Below are positions 24,205 through 36,135 of a DNA stretch of 64,000 nt, piece after piece. The number at the start of each line of letters is the position of its first letter. Positions within the stretch are counted from its first letter, which is position 1. The position numbers and the translations under genes are program-made. Below the pieces are notes generated by a model. That model had not been told where the DNA came from. It saw only the letters and a list, made by a program, of their open reading frames with translations, and searched no databases. The DNA is from Camelus ferus. Taxonomy: Eukaryota. The stretch spans positions 43,462,001 to 43,526,000 of the forward strand of contig NC_045711.1 of assembly GCF_009834535.1 (NCBI RefSeq), in the 5' to 3' direction.

Positions 24205-24590
24205 GACGTCCAGGAGAACCTTCTGCCAGGACGGACCGTTCTAGAATCTGTGCTACCCAGCGTGGTAGCGTTAGCCATGTGAACCGTGACCAGTGCAAAT
24301 GAGGAACTCAGTTTATCGTTAAATAAATCAGTTTAATTTCCTCCCCAGTTTTATTGAGGCATAACTGACAAGTAAAACTGCGAGCTATTTAAAGTGCGCA
24401 ATTTAATATACGCATACATACACTGAATGGGAAAGGATTCCGCCCGTCGGGTTAATTAACATTTCCGTCGTCTCACACATTTACCTTTTTCCCACCTGCT
24501 TTATTTATCTTTTTTTAATCCAATCGAATTTAATGAATTGAGCTTAAGTGTGAGTAGCTACCTGTGGCCGGCGACAATCTTAGTGGGCAG
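24205..24590 (+). mobile_element. MER3-like hAT-Charlie element interrupted by an L1 tail
   Basis: ttctagaatctgtgctacccagcgtggtagcgttagcc...gaggaactcag, resuming after the insert at agtagctacctgtggcc. Confidence 0.7.
24340..24510 (-). mobile_element. L1MA-type 3' tail
   Basis: ttttattgaggcataactgacaag...ttaattaacatttccgtcgtctcacacatttacc. Confidence 0.7.
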
Positions 24591-25089
24591 TGCGGTTGTA
24601 GAATGCCAGCTGTGAGCAGACCCCAGCCCTCTCTGAGCCTCTGGGGTGACCAGGGCTCCACCACCCCGCTTTCCTAAGCAGGTGCCCATGTGGGGGTCTC
24701 TGGACTGGAGGCCCTGGGTGATTTGGGCGGGGCTCTGAGCAGCAGAGCTGTGCACGTGCGTGGTCAGCCCATGACTGTCGTCCCACATCCTCCCTGACCC
24801 TGCTTTTCCCAAAGCACCGCTTACTCTCACATCTCCAGATAGAGTTTGTTCCTTTCTCGTCACAGAGCTGGCCTCAGTTTCCCTCTGTGAAATGGCCCGC
24901 TCCAGTCCCTGCCTGATACCCACCCTCAGGCTCCCCCACTTCCTGGACGCGGCATACTTCAGGGCAAGGACGAAGGCCCGCTTTGAGAAACGGCATCATG
25001 AAGCATGGACAGTTAGAGCCACAGGCCCAGCGCATGCACCTCCAAGGTTCCCAGACGAGAATGCATGCTGAAATCATGCAGGGAGTTCT

Positions 25090-25213
25090 GGGTGACCATT
25101 CGGGGAGCCACCCCTAGAAATGCTGATTCTGTCGCGCTGGGGTGAATCCCAGGCATCAGCACGTCCCGGGATTCTGATACGGGTTATCCGAGGCCAAACA
25201 CATTTGGGCAAGC
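25090..25213. mobile_element. MER5-like hAT MITE
   Basis: cccctagaaatgctgattctgtcgcgctggggtgaatcccaggcatcagca. Confidence 0.55.
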
Positions 25214-25214
25214 G

Positions 25215-25322
25215 GTGACGTAGTTCAGAGAGGGCAAGTGACTTGCCCAAGGACACACAGCAAGTCAAGAGCAGAGCAGGGGCCAAAACCAGGTCTCCTG
25301 ACTTCCACTTTCTACCCCACTA
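25215..25322 (-). mobile_element. MIR
   Basis: ttcagagagggcaagtgacttgcccaaggacacacagc. Confidence 0.85.
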
Positions 25323-25404
25323 AGGGTGGGGTTTATTTCGTGGGAGCAGATGTCCCAGTTCACAGCTCTGGGGTTCTGACTGGGGGTGGGGGAAAGGAAT
25401 ATCT

Positions 25405-25500
25405 CTTTCATTGTCATATCCCCTAAGGCTCCTAGCACAGTGCCTGGAACGGGGCAGAGCTCAATAACTGTTTGTCGAATGAAGCAAATGAGTAAGGAAG
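25405..25500 (+). mobile_element. L2 3' end
   Basis: cctagcacagtgcctggaacggggcagagctcaataactgtttgtcgaatgaa. Confidence 0.8.
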
Positions 25501-26689
25501 TGTCCTCTGCTGGGTCCACAGTTCCCTGCCCTCTGACCAGCTGTGAGTCTGCCCAGGGTCTGGCTGGACCCTGAGAAACACCCGCACCACACGCCGCCCA
25601 GGCGACAGGCTTCTTCCCACGAAGCAGGCTGCAGAAGGTCTCCCCCGCAGCCACGCAGCCGGGCCACACACAGAGCAGCAGCAGCAACAATAGCCAGGAC
25701 CACCCTTACAATTCTCCCGTCTCAGGGCAAAATGACATGCGCGGCCCCTCATTAAAAAAAAAAAAAAAGATTGAGAATTTCAAGAACAGCAAGAGCAAAG
25801 AATCAAACCCAGAGTGAGACCCTCCTGAGCCTGTGTGACGGCAAAGGTCGCACACCCGGGAGGCCAGCCCTGATCACAACCCTGATGGGTGCTGGACAGA
25901 ACTGCTCCCACCACCTGCCTGCTCTTCTCACCACCAAATGACCCCACGCCAAGTTACTTCAAAGAGTGCGGGCCCCTAATGCAGTGAAGGATTGGTTTAC
26001 ACTTCATGAACGGCAGGATTCGAAGTCCCAGAGAGAGAGAGAAAGCGGAGAGATGGGGAGGTGATTCCACACCCGCAGTGTTATGAGCTCTTGTTCATGG
26101 GGACCCACCTGAAACCCCGAGCGCTTAACAGGGAAGATGATGTTGAATCAGGAGGAGGGTGAGAGTCCAACCTGCAGAAGCCAGAGTCTACCCACTCTTT
26201 TTAGGAGCAGAGCCATGGCCAGCCAAGCGCACCAAGTGAAGTCTACCCGGGGAGCATCTCCCATGCCTGCGGAAAGGACTGGGAAGCTCTGGGGTTGGGG
26301 GTGGGGGTGGGGGTGGCGGTGGGTGGGAGACGGAGCGTAACGGGCAGAATGCATAATGGGGCCGGGAAGGTACATCGCAATAAAAGCAGCTTGCATCTTT
26401 AATCTTTGCAAATTACAGGAAGCACATGGAGGAAATAAACACTGGAGAGGAGCAGGAAAAGCAGCTTCTCTGAACATCTGGAGGAATTTTTGAGGCTAAG
26501 GCAGGGGTGTGTGGGTACAAAGCAGTCATGTGTTGGATGAAGCTGTCTTTGTAACTGTGGCTGGGGTAGCTAGCTTGAGAGGAGAGGGTGGGAGGGAGGC
26601 CAGCCGTGTGGTGGGACGCATCTCAGTGCAGGGTGGCTTCTGTTTGTCCGGCTCCTGCCTCATCCTCTCCGCTCTGCTCTCTGCCCTGG

Positions 26690-27100
26690 GAGCTGCACTT
26701 TGGGAGGTGCTGTTGGGCCCCCTTGCTCTCTGGCTTTGGGTTGGCTTCAGCCAATGGTGGGCCCAGGTGGGAAACTGGAGGAGAGAGGAGAGTCAGGCTG
26801 GGATATTCAGTCCCTCAACTTGATTTGCTGGGTCCCTGTGGATTAGCTGTGGGCCACCTTGAAAGGGCACAGCTCCAGGCGGGGGCGGGGAGGTGGGGCT
26901 GGGGGAGCTCTCCATTCCGACAGCAGCCTTTTCCCTAGGCATGGTCACGGCTGTCCCCACTAGCAGGCTCAGGATCCCGCCCCATCCGTACTGCCTTCCC
27001 TCAGCCTTGTCTGCACTTGCGGGACTAATCCTTCATTCTTCTTTCCTTGCATTGCGCAGTCTGTGGGTGCTGTTGGGTTCCTCGTTGGATCCTGATGGGT
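26690..27100 (+). mobile_element. ERVL LTR (LTR33-like)
   Basis: cccttgctctctggctttgggttggcttcagccaatgg...gaggagagaggagagtcaggctgggatattc...gggcacagctcc...taatccttcatt. Confidence 0.6.
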
Positions 27101-27304
27101 AGAGAGGGAGGAGGCTGGAGGAGGCCCCTCTGCCGCACCATTCACTGTAGGACAGCCATTGGTTGGAGCATTCTTTGGGGTGGAGACCTCACTACCTGCA
27201 GGGGTAGCCTGTAGTTTCCAAAGTTCATCCTTGCGCGGAGTTGAAAATACCTGTTTATAGATTTTACCCCCTGCTTCTAGCCCCACCCTTCTTTCTAGGA
27301 TCTG

Positions 27305-27609
27305 AACTTATTTACAAAACAGAAACAGACTCACAGACATAGGAAACAAATTTATGGCTACCAGTGGGGGAAATGGGTAGGAAGGGATAAATTGGGACTT
27401 CGAGATTTGCAGATACTACTATGTATAAACTAGATAAACAATAAGTTTCTTCTGTATAGCACAGGGAACTGTATTCAATATCTTGTAGTAATATATAATG
27501 AAAAAGAATATGAAAACGAATATATATATAGTCTATGTGTGACTGAAATGCTATGCTGTACCCCAGAAATTGACACAACATTGTAAACTGACTATACTTT
27601 AAAAAAAAA
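27305..27609 (+). mobile_element. Camelid L1 3' end
   Basis: tttacaaaacagaaacagactcacagacataggaaacaaatttatggctacc...ccagaaattgacacaacattgtaaactgactatactttaaaaaaaaa; same family as 4027-4557. Confidence 0.9.
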
Positions 27610-27699
27610 GGTCCTAAAAACCTGTTACTCCCTGTTGAACTGTTACCCAAAGCAACTTTTTTTTTTCTTTTCTTTGTCTTTGTTTTTAAGGAACACTAG

Positions 27700-27925
27700 C
27701 TCTTGGTGGAAAGAATCAAGGACCAAATCAGAAGACATGGATTCAGGCATGAGATTGTCGGACGGTCCCTCAGTGTCCTGAGTGACTTACTTGCTTTACC
27801 ACATCTGTGAAGTGGGTCTATCTGTTAAATGAGTCGAACTGCCCTGTCTACGTCACAAGACTGTCTGAGGATCAGAGGTCAATATGCAGGCGGTGCGCCT
27901 TATATACTGTAGAATGCTGGTACCC
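27700..27925 (+). mobile_element. MIR (degenerate)
   Basis: ggaaagaatcaaggacc...gaagacatggattcagg...ctgtgaagtggg...gactgtctgaggatcag. Confidence 0.55.
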
Positions 27926-28529
27926 GTGTTGGCAAAGAAGATAGTTAATGTTAGGTCTTAGTTATGCCGTGAGGAAGTGTGGTCACACCTAACGCATTCC
28001 TATTAAACAAAATATTTACAAAACATACAATAGCAAAGGCACCTGAGTGTGGAATTGGGTCCACATTCGGTGACCTGGGTCTCATTACGAAAAGATTTAT
28101 TCCAAGGATCCTTTAAATAATGAGTTTTCCTAGTGCATTCAGGCTCTGAGATTATAAATGACTTGCTTGGAGGGTTGATAAGTCTGAGTGGGCAACCTGC
28201 GTGCAGGAGAAAGTTCCAGGTCTCCAAAGCTGTAGGGGAAGTTGGTGGATGATTAAGATTCTATTGATAAAAATTCTGTTTACACACACGGCAGGCTGGG
28301 TATAACCAGGTTACGGAACAGATCACGTACATAGATCGTGATGTGACTGTAGAATTCAAAACCATTGGAAACATTACTGAATTCATAGCAACTTTTGTTA
28401 CCAAATATTTTCTCAATCAATAAATGTAAAAAAGCAGGAGAGCATTCAGGTGGGGATGATGACTGAGAAATGTTTTGGTGTTAAAAGGCATTCTCCTATT
28501 TCCACAGGGTGGGAGAAACAGTGGTCTAG

Positions 28530-28672
28530 ATCAGAGCTTCCCACACTTGAATGTGAGTCACTGGGGATCCTGTTAATATGCAGATTTGGGGGGGGCCTGA
28601 GATTCTACATTTCTGACAAGCTCCCAGGGGATGCCAGTGCTCCTGGTGGGAGGACCACACTTTGGTGGCAGG
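28530..28672 (-). mobile_element. MER5A hAT MITE
   Basis: tcactggggatcctgttaatatgcagatt...ctgagattctacatttctgacaagctcccaggggatgcc...ggaccacacttt. Confidence 0.85.
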
Positions 28673-28704
28673 ATGCACAGGAAGACATCTCTGCTTTAGC
28701 AGAA

Positions 28705-29240
28705 CACACCAGGCCCATGGTGATCTGGCCTCTGCCTACCTCTCCAGCCCCAGGCCTCCCCGTTGGATCCAGCTACCCCAGGACACCAGGGCTGTTCTTG
28801 GCCTTTGCTCCTGATTCCCCTCCCTCTGCCTGGCATCTTATCTCCCCACGACCCTCATGCCCCTCTAACTCCCGCGCACTGCGCAGCCACCTGCAGGCCT
28901 GAGACCAGGACCAAAGGTCATCTCCTCTCTGAAGCCTCCCCTGAGAGACCTTTTTTCTCCCTTCCAGACCGATGAGCCTCTCCTTTGGGTCCCAGCTATC
29001 CTGTGTCAGCCAGGGCTGGATGACATTTGCCCACTTACACGGCTCCTGTCTAGACTGCAAATGCCTGCCACTCCTTAAGGCTCTTTACACAGAGCTGCTG
29101 GATCAATGCATTTCCATCTCCTACGTAAAAGGAGCCCTTGAGATTGTCTCTAGACTGTGAATGCTTTGAAAACCTGGACTGGGCTTTCCATCTGTGTCCC
29201 TGAGTGCCTGGCACATAGTAGGCGCTTTTGGCAATTAATT
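28705..29240 (+). mobile_element. L2
   Basis: gatctggcctctgcctacctctccagcc...ctagactgtgaatg...gtgcctggcacatagtaggcgct. Confidence 0.8.
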
Positions 29241-30244
29241 TTTGTGCATTTTTTTTTAAGAAAAAGTGCATGAAGCAGGACTTCTCAGAATAATAAAAAT
29301 CAGGCTTTTTCTTGCTGCTTAACGGATGCCTGCCTCCAACGGTGCTTTGGACACAGGACATCAATTCTCCAGGTTCCTTGCACCTGTGGAGACCGAGTAT
29401 CCAGCACAAAGGCCCACTCTGAGAGTGAGCTCGGAATCCTAGCAGGCTGCAGCGTGCTCCCGTGCTCCAGACTCTCAGAATTCAGGCCAGAGCCCGCAAC
29501 CTCTCCTCTCGCGGAGGTCCTGGGTACCGGACACTATGAGTCTTTCCCCTGGGAGCAGAGATGTCAGGGAAACCATAGCAACCAGCCGCATCCACTCTTG
29601 CTAAGTCCCACTTGTGATGGGGGCTGGGGAAACGTGCTACTCTCAATAGCTGCTCAGGCCTTCCAGCAACGTGGAAAATTTATGATTATTTTTAATTTAA
29701 TTTTAATTTCTATCAAGCAATATATGTACATAATTTAAAAAGCCAAATGATGCCCCAAGGCTTTCTAGTAAAAAAAACAGCAGTTTCCTGCTCTACCTCT
29801 CTTCCACCCCCAAGTCCCCCTCCTCAGAGGCAACTCCTCTCAACTGTTTAAACTGTTTCTTCTGCTACTGACTTTCAGATTTTCATGGACACCAAGTACT
29901 TGACAGTTATTTCTTGGTTTTTAAAAATTTTAGACATTATCTATTGAATTCCCTACCGTGGGAGCTTCTCACATGAAGCATCCTGCCGTATTCACTTCCC
30001 TTTCACCTTCCTATATGTGGTTAGGTCAGTAACCAACATAAAATATCCATAATTTTACATAATTATGACTAGGTAACTACTGTCCACACTCCAGCCTTAT
30101 AGTATCTAACCTTTTGGGTCCTCTTATTGTGAAACTATTTTGTTTTTCCTGGTTTTATTTTGTTTTTCCTTCTTGTTTGTTGGTTTGTTTGGCTTGCTAG
30201 GTACCAATCACAGAAATGGCAAAAAAAAAAAAAAAAAAAAGAAC

Positions 30245-30480
30245 AAAAAAGTCAAACTTACAGAAAGAGAGAGCAGAAAAGTGGTTGCCAGGGGCTGGGG
30301 GTGGGGGAAACAGAGAGGTTGGTAAAAGTGGACAAATTTTCAGTTATCAGATGAATAAGGTCAGAGGATTTCATGTAAAACATGGTGACATTAGTTGATT
30401 ATACTGTAGCGTATAATTAAAATTTGCTGAGAGTAGAACTTACATATGCAGATATATAGGAAACATATATAGTAATATGT
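30245..30480 (+). mobile_element. L1MA-type 3' fragment inserted in opposite orientation
   Basis: aaagtcaaacttacagaaagagagagcagaaaagtggttgccaggggctggggg...ttcagttatcagatgaataag...catggtgac. Confidence 0.8.
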
Positions 30481-31234
30481 TTGAAACCAAATTTTACCTT
30501 CACTTCATTGGTAGCTTGCTGGATACAGAGTTCTATCTTAGAAAAGACAGATTCCCACCCTCCCAAGCCCCTGCCTAAAATTTGAAGACATTTTCCATTG
30601 TCTTCTGACTTTAAGTGCACCTGTTCAGAAGTCCATTCTGATTCTGGGTCCTAGGTATGTGACTACCTTTGTTTTTCTCTCCAGAAACTTTTACAACTTT
30701 CTCTTTATCTCCATGAGCCTGCATTTCACAAGGTCTGGTTGTTTCACCACTTAGTGCGGACAGGACTTGGTGAATTCTTTCGATACGGAAAATCACATGG
30801 GTCAGCTGGGAGTTTTTTCTTACTTTATTCCTTTGGCAACATCCTCTTCTCCACTCTCTCACTTTTGTTATTCTAGGACTCCTGGTTATAGGATGTTGGG
30901 CTTTCTGTATTTATGCTCTCATTTTCATATTTTGTTCTCTCCCATTCTCCATCTGTCTTTTTGTTTTACTTTTCAGGAGATTTCCTCAATTCCAATCCTT
31001 CTGTGGGTTTAAAAAAAATGTTTGCAATCACATTTTTAATTTCCTGGAGGTTTTTTTTTTTTTAACTTTTCCTTTGAATGTTAGTTTTTAATAGCATCCT
31101 ATTTTAATAGCTGATGTTTATGAATGTGCTATCATCTCTTATCTCTTGAGAGTTTTAATTAAAATGGTTTGATGTTTCCTTCTGCTCCCTACATTTGTTT
31201 TTTTTTTTAATTTATGAAACGTACATAAAGACTA

Positions 31235-31458
31235 GTATTATTCAAGCATTTTCTAAGTATTTCACAACTATTAACTCATTTCAATCTTCCCATCAATCTT
31301 ACAGAGTAGATAATATTATCATTCTTATTTTAGAGGTGATGGAACTGAGGCTCAGAGAGGTTAAATAACCTGCCCAAGGCCACATAGCTGGTAAGTTGTG
31401 TATAGCCAGGATTTGATCCCAGGCTCTAGAACTTGTGCCATTAACCATTATCCCTATT
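31235..31458 (-). mobile_element. MIR nested in old L1
   Basis: ggaactgaggctcagagaggttaaataacctgcccaaggccacatagctggtaag. Confidence 0.9.
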
Positions 31459-32413
31459 TCCTCAAAGTTTCTTTTTTTGTTTGCTTTTGGTTGCTTTGCT
31501 ATTGATGGCTTCCCTCAAATGCCTGGCTCTTTGACTGTCCATTCATAGTTAAGAGGTACTTACTCCAGACCATCTTCCTTGTGTGTGGGAGGACTTACAC
31601 AGGGGACTTCACTAGGGTGACCTAACTAGGTCATTTGTGTGGCGACTCCTGACTGTCATTCTCTGGGAATTTTTCCTTGAGTTTGTCAGTGTCTCCAGGA
31701 AGGGAGTCCCCCAGACTTCTGCTTGGGGGTGGGTGGGGTAGATTAGCCTGGCTGGGGTGGGGGCGGTTTCCTGACTCAGTAAGCAGAATTTCACCTTATT
31801 TCCTTGTTTTCTGTAGAATCTCACCCTCGCCCTCAGCTTTGCCTGGCTTCCCCCAGCCCAGAGCCTGTTTCAACCTTATCTTCTGCTGGGGTGCACTGAG
31901 ATTTTTATCTGGCTGTTTTGGGCCATGGGAGGCTATCTGGGGGACTGAACAGCTCCCTGTACAGACTTATAACTAATCCTCCAAGATTTTAGCTGCACCT
32001 TTCTGCCCCGTTGTCAGCAGTATCTGATGCCTCTGGTCCCCGATCCTTTCTGGTTTGGGGGTGGGGTCCGTGGTGAGAACTGTTTGGCTTTGGTTGGTTT
32101 CCCTGAGCAGACCCTCCTCCTTCATCCTTGTCTGCTCTGCCAAGTCAGCTACCATCTGCTCTCTATTTTCCAAAAATTTGCTGACATCTACTGTTTCTTA
32201 ATAGATGGAGTTTGGGGAGTTAACCTCCATGAACACTTAGGTTCAATCCACTGTGTCCAACCGAAAGTCTAGACGTTTAGCTTCCCTACGGCTCTGGAGT
32301 TCCTTTCACCATCCTAGGAAACGGGGGAGAGATGCTCATAGTTGATCTCTGGGATGGACATGGCCATAGAATCAAGGGACAGTTTTCAGTCCCAATATCC
32401 TCAGTTGTCCATT

Positions 32414-32625
32414 CAGTGGTTTTCAAACTGAGTTCCTTGGAGCCCTAGGGTTCCTCAGGGAATGTCTCAGGGCCCACCACAGTGAGCATGGAAAGATCAA
32501 ACTGGGGCCCCCCCTCTTGAGCTGAACCAGAACACCTCTACCTTTATCCGTTTTATATATTTGGGCTGTGCTAAAGCTTTTGTTCAATACAGAGATTCTG
32601 CTAAGGGAAAGAAAAAGAGGAAATG
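32414..32625 (+). mobile_element. hAT-Charlie MITE (MER103C-like)
   Basis: cagtggttttcaaactgagttccttggagccctagggttcc...ctttatccgttttatatatttggg. Confidence 0.7.
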
Positions 32626-32764
32626 ATGGAAAAGAGGAGCAGCTATAACCTATCATTATATGCCATTCTCTCTCCAAAGATGTCACTGGAACCTTGTTTT
32701 TTATTTTTTTCTCCCCCTGAGCTATTTTCATGGCAGTGCTTTTACAATCACATTTCAAGCATTA

Positions 32765-32985
32765 AGGGAATGTAGTGGAAGGGGAATCGCTTTTGGGTCC
32801 ATAAGTGGGTTTTCAGTTTGGTTCAGCTACTTAAGGTGTGTGTCCTTGGGGAGCTTCCTCATCCTCTCTGGACTCCGGTTTCTTTCTCTTTCGATGGGGG
32901 ATGATATCCTCATTAGGAGGGTCACTTGGAGGATTCATAGGATAGAATGTTCATGGCACATAGTAGCTACTCATTAATACTAGTT
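32765..32985 (+). mobile_element. MIR
   Basis: tgtgtgtccttggggagcttcctcatcctctctggactccggtttc...ggcacatagtagctactcattaata. Confidence 0.75.
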
Positions 32986-33039
32986 TCTACCTCCCCTTGG
33001 CCCCGTCAGTGTACACAACACAGCAATTTTTTTCTCTCT

Positions 33040-33560
33040 CTGAACAAATATATCAACAAGTATTTATTGCCCTGGTGTACGTCAGTGAGTCAGACAGTCC
33101 AAGATCCCTGATCTCTTGGAGCATGCGTTTCAGTAGAAGAGACTGATCACACAAAAAATAAATAGGATTGACCACACACACACACACACAAAGGCAACAA
33201 AAATCACATGGTATAGTTGAAGGTGACACACGACATGGAACAAAGGACAAACAGATAAGGAGGGGTGAAGGGGTGGGGTGGGGGCGCAGTTTTAAATAGG
33301 GCAGACAGGGTAGGTGATAGCTGAGCAAAGACTGGACGGAGGTGAGGCGATGAGCCACGTGGGTCTGACCAGGGAATTCTAGGCAGCGGGAATGGAGAAT
33401 GCAGGTGCTCGAAGGTAAGTGTTCCTGGAGTGCACAAGGAGTCACAGGGAAGGCAGTGTGGCTACAGCCAAGTGACCAGTGGGACAGAGCAGGAGGGACT
33501 GAGGCTGGGGAGATGGTACAGTGCAAGAGATTTACCTCGCTTAGATCATGGGCTCTCAAG
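33040..33560 (-). mobile_element. L2a-like fragment with short (CA)n
   Basis: caacaagtatttattg...ctgagcaaagactggacggaggtgagg...ggcagcgggaatggagaatgc. Confidence 0.8.
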
Positions 33561-33929
33561 ATAATTCCTTTGCTCAAAAACAGAATGTCAAATGCATTTT
33601 TCTACAATCCTAGGATTTGGGGACATCAAGGCAGAGTTTACGTCATAAACAGTGTATTCTGCATCAGGGTGAACGAAGGCCAGAGGAGGATGAGGAAGGG
33701 AGGGGCCCTGTTTGTGGTCTCTCCAGCTTTGAGCCTGTCTATCTACAAGGCGAGCTCATTAGGGAGCTCCCTGCACAGCGATTCTGGTTTGCTCGGGTGT
33801 AACCCATCCCCACCTGTCACCCTTGCCCCTGCGTCCGCCCATACAGCCATTCACGGGACTGTCTTGGGAGCACCTTCCCAGCTGCCGTCCACCTGCTTCC
33901 CCAGGGCTCCCATGTGCTTCTGTGAACTC

Positions 33930-34100
33930 GCTCCCTGGTCACTGATTGGTCTAGGGCGAAGGCCACCTGACTTGACTGGACCAATGATTCTTTTCCCTAT
34001 TTTTTTTTCTTTCTTTCTTTCTTTTTTTTTTTTTAAACAGGAGCTCAGTGAGAGACTCTGAACAGTCTCTTGTTGATGGTAGAATGTGTAAAATATAAAT
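33930..34100. mobile_element. MLT1-type LTR fragment
   Basis: tgattggtctaggg...cacctgacttgactggaccaatgattc. Confidence 0.4.
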
Positions 34101-35954
34101 CTATTCAGTCATGTGTGAAAAAAAAATACATACAGAAAAAGCCTGCCTCCAGTTTGAGAATAAAGCAATTTAGAGAGAGGAGAGGTGAGGAACCGAGTGG
34201 GCAGGAGCCTTCATTTCCCATTGTTCTGACGCTGCACCCTAGCCTTCCTGCTGCTTGCTTGTGGAAGCTTGCCTTGGATTCCAGGGCCAACACAATTCCT
34301 TTTATGCCCAAGCTTGTTCGAATCTGGCTTCTCTTATGTGCAGCCTAGATAACCCACTGCCTATTTCTTTTATCTTTGAAGTTACTCAGAGGCATCTACA
34401 CAGAGTTTCAGTTTTAACAACCTCCCACCTGCCTTCAATTTAATTTCTTTTAGAAAATGCTGGTCATGAAATCTGCGCTGCTGTAGTTCAAGACAGCTTC
34501 TCTGTCCTTTTTCTATTTTGTGAGCTCCTCCATGCAAAAGAAGGTTTTCCATGGTCAAAAGCCTTGGGGGAAATAAATGTTGCATGCAATATTCCCATCT
34601 TGGAGATTCGTGATGTAGGGTGTTAAAGAATTCCTGCCATGGATTAATGTCTTTAACTTTGCCTAACCAGGGTTTCCCACATCCTCTTTATTCCTGTTAC
34701 AGGTAATATCCCAAACTCCTGACAGTCTGATTTGGGGGCATCCTTCAAGATCAGGTCTTCATGTGACTGAGCCTGCCTTCTTTAAAATGGACTATTTCCA
34801 GGGCGCCCTGCACAAGGATGTTTGGCCAAGGTGCCATTGTCAGCCCGGAGGAAAGGACCCTTGTGATAGTCACTTCATAGTCACTTTCTACTCACTAAGC
34901 ATGACCCCATAGGGCTGCGTCCACCCAAAGAGGGTGCCTTTTACTAATCCCCTCACTGGCACCAAAGGTCCTTCCTGTCATTCAGAATTACACCCAGGGA
35001 GTGGCTCCCTCACTACTTTCTTAGATTTCTGAGAGGGGAAGCAAGATGTGTCAGAGGCTCTGCTTTGAGAATGAGACTCCCAGATGCTAAGGTGCTCCAG
35101 GATCCTTGATTAGGTATGGAGTGTTTGGAATATCCTCTGCCCTTGGGGTAGTCTGGCCATCCTCCCATCTACTGGTCACCATGTCATCTTTCCCGTGTTT
35201 ACAGAGAGCTCTCACAGGATGGGCTAGTAAAACAAGAGCTGGGGGTGGGTGTGGGTGTTGTCCTGGGTCTGACTCTATAAAGCCAATTTCCCGTCTTACT
35301 GCACTGCCTCCATCATCAAGCTGCCTGCGGCCATGCCCTCAACAATTCCTGTCTTCTCCATTGTCACTCAGATATCTCCTCTAAGGACTGGGGCTCCTTT
35401 TCCTGGGGATTGAGAGGAGGTGGGAAGGCCAAGGAGACAAGATGGGGCCTGGCAGGTCAGGAAGGCTGCCTCCCTCCTGAGGACTGGGGGTCCAGTCTGT
35501 GACCAAGAAGCAGGATGTGGTCTCAGGTGGCCTCATGGACAAGCAACCCTCACCTGCCAGGGCCCATCTCTCACCCTTCAGCAGGTGTGTAGGCCCCACT
35601 CCCACCCACATGAAACTCACCCCCACCCCCAGCCCAGGAAACAATCAGCTTTGAGGTGACCAGAGTCTCCAAGAGACACCTGTTGCACAGTGACTTCTCT
35701 GCCTGAAGAAGGATACCATGGAGGGAGGCTGGATGGACGGATTCAGGGGGCCCGAAGTCACCTCACCGCAGCCTCCTTCCCTGACAAACGGGGGAGAGGG
35801 AACCCACCCTAGCACTTAGCACTGTGGGGAGGGGAAGCCGGGAGGCAAGAATATTATGGCCCCAGAGGAATGGGTGTGTGTGTTGGGGGGGGGTGGGGTG
35901 CTGCAGAGGCAAAACTCCAAGAAGTCAACCAGAGCAGCTGAAGCCGTACGGTCC

Positions 35955-36135
35955 AGCATGGCAGCCGCTAGCCCTCCCTGCAACCCTGTGGCAATTTAAA
36001 TGAACAAACTTGAAATGATGTTAAAAATTCAGTTCCTCATTCTCGCTGGCCACATTTCGGATGCTCAGTGTGGCTACTGCAGAGGACCGCGCAGAGAGCA
36101 TGTCCATCGCTGCAGAAAGTTCTATTGGACGGCAA
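35955..36135 (-). mobile_element. MER3 hAT MITE
   Basis: aaattcagttcctcattctcgctggccacatttc...ccatcgctgcagaaagttctattggac. Confidence 0.85.

Larger units (their letters stand above)
29685..32270 (-). mobile_element. Ancient L1ME/HAL1-type element (ORF1 and 5' region), fragmented
   Basis: T-rich antisense L1 ORF1-like text (gaagacattttccattgtcttctgac; tcaggagatttcctcaa); ends in ggttcaatccactgtgtccaaccgaaagtc, resembling old L1/HAL1 5' termini. Confidence 0.6.

Noticed and set aside
25432-25755. Signal-peptide-like minus-strand ORFs (MVLAIVAAAALC..., LLLLLCVWPG...)
   Set aside because: Hydrophobic run comes from a short (GCT)n repeat; no ATG or acceptor in the useful frame
33399-34061. 220-aa plus-strand ORF
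   Set aside because: Runs through an antisense L2, unique DNA, an MLT fragment and a T-tract; no recognisable domain
35274-35281. TATAAA box
   Set aside because: No supporting upstream elements, donor site or ORF
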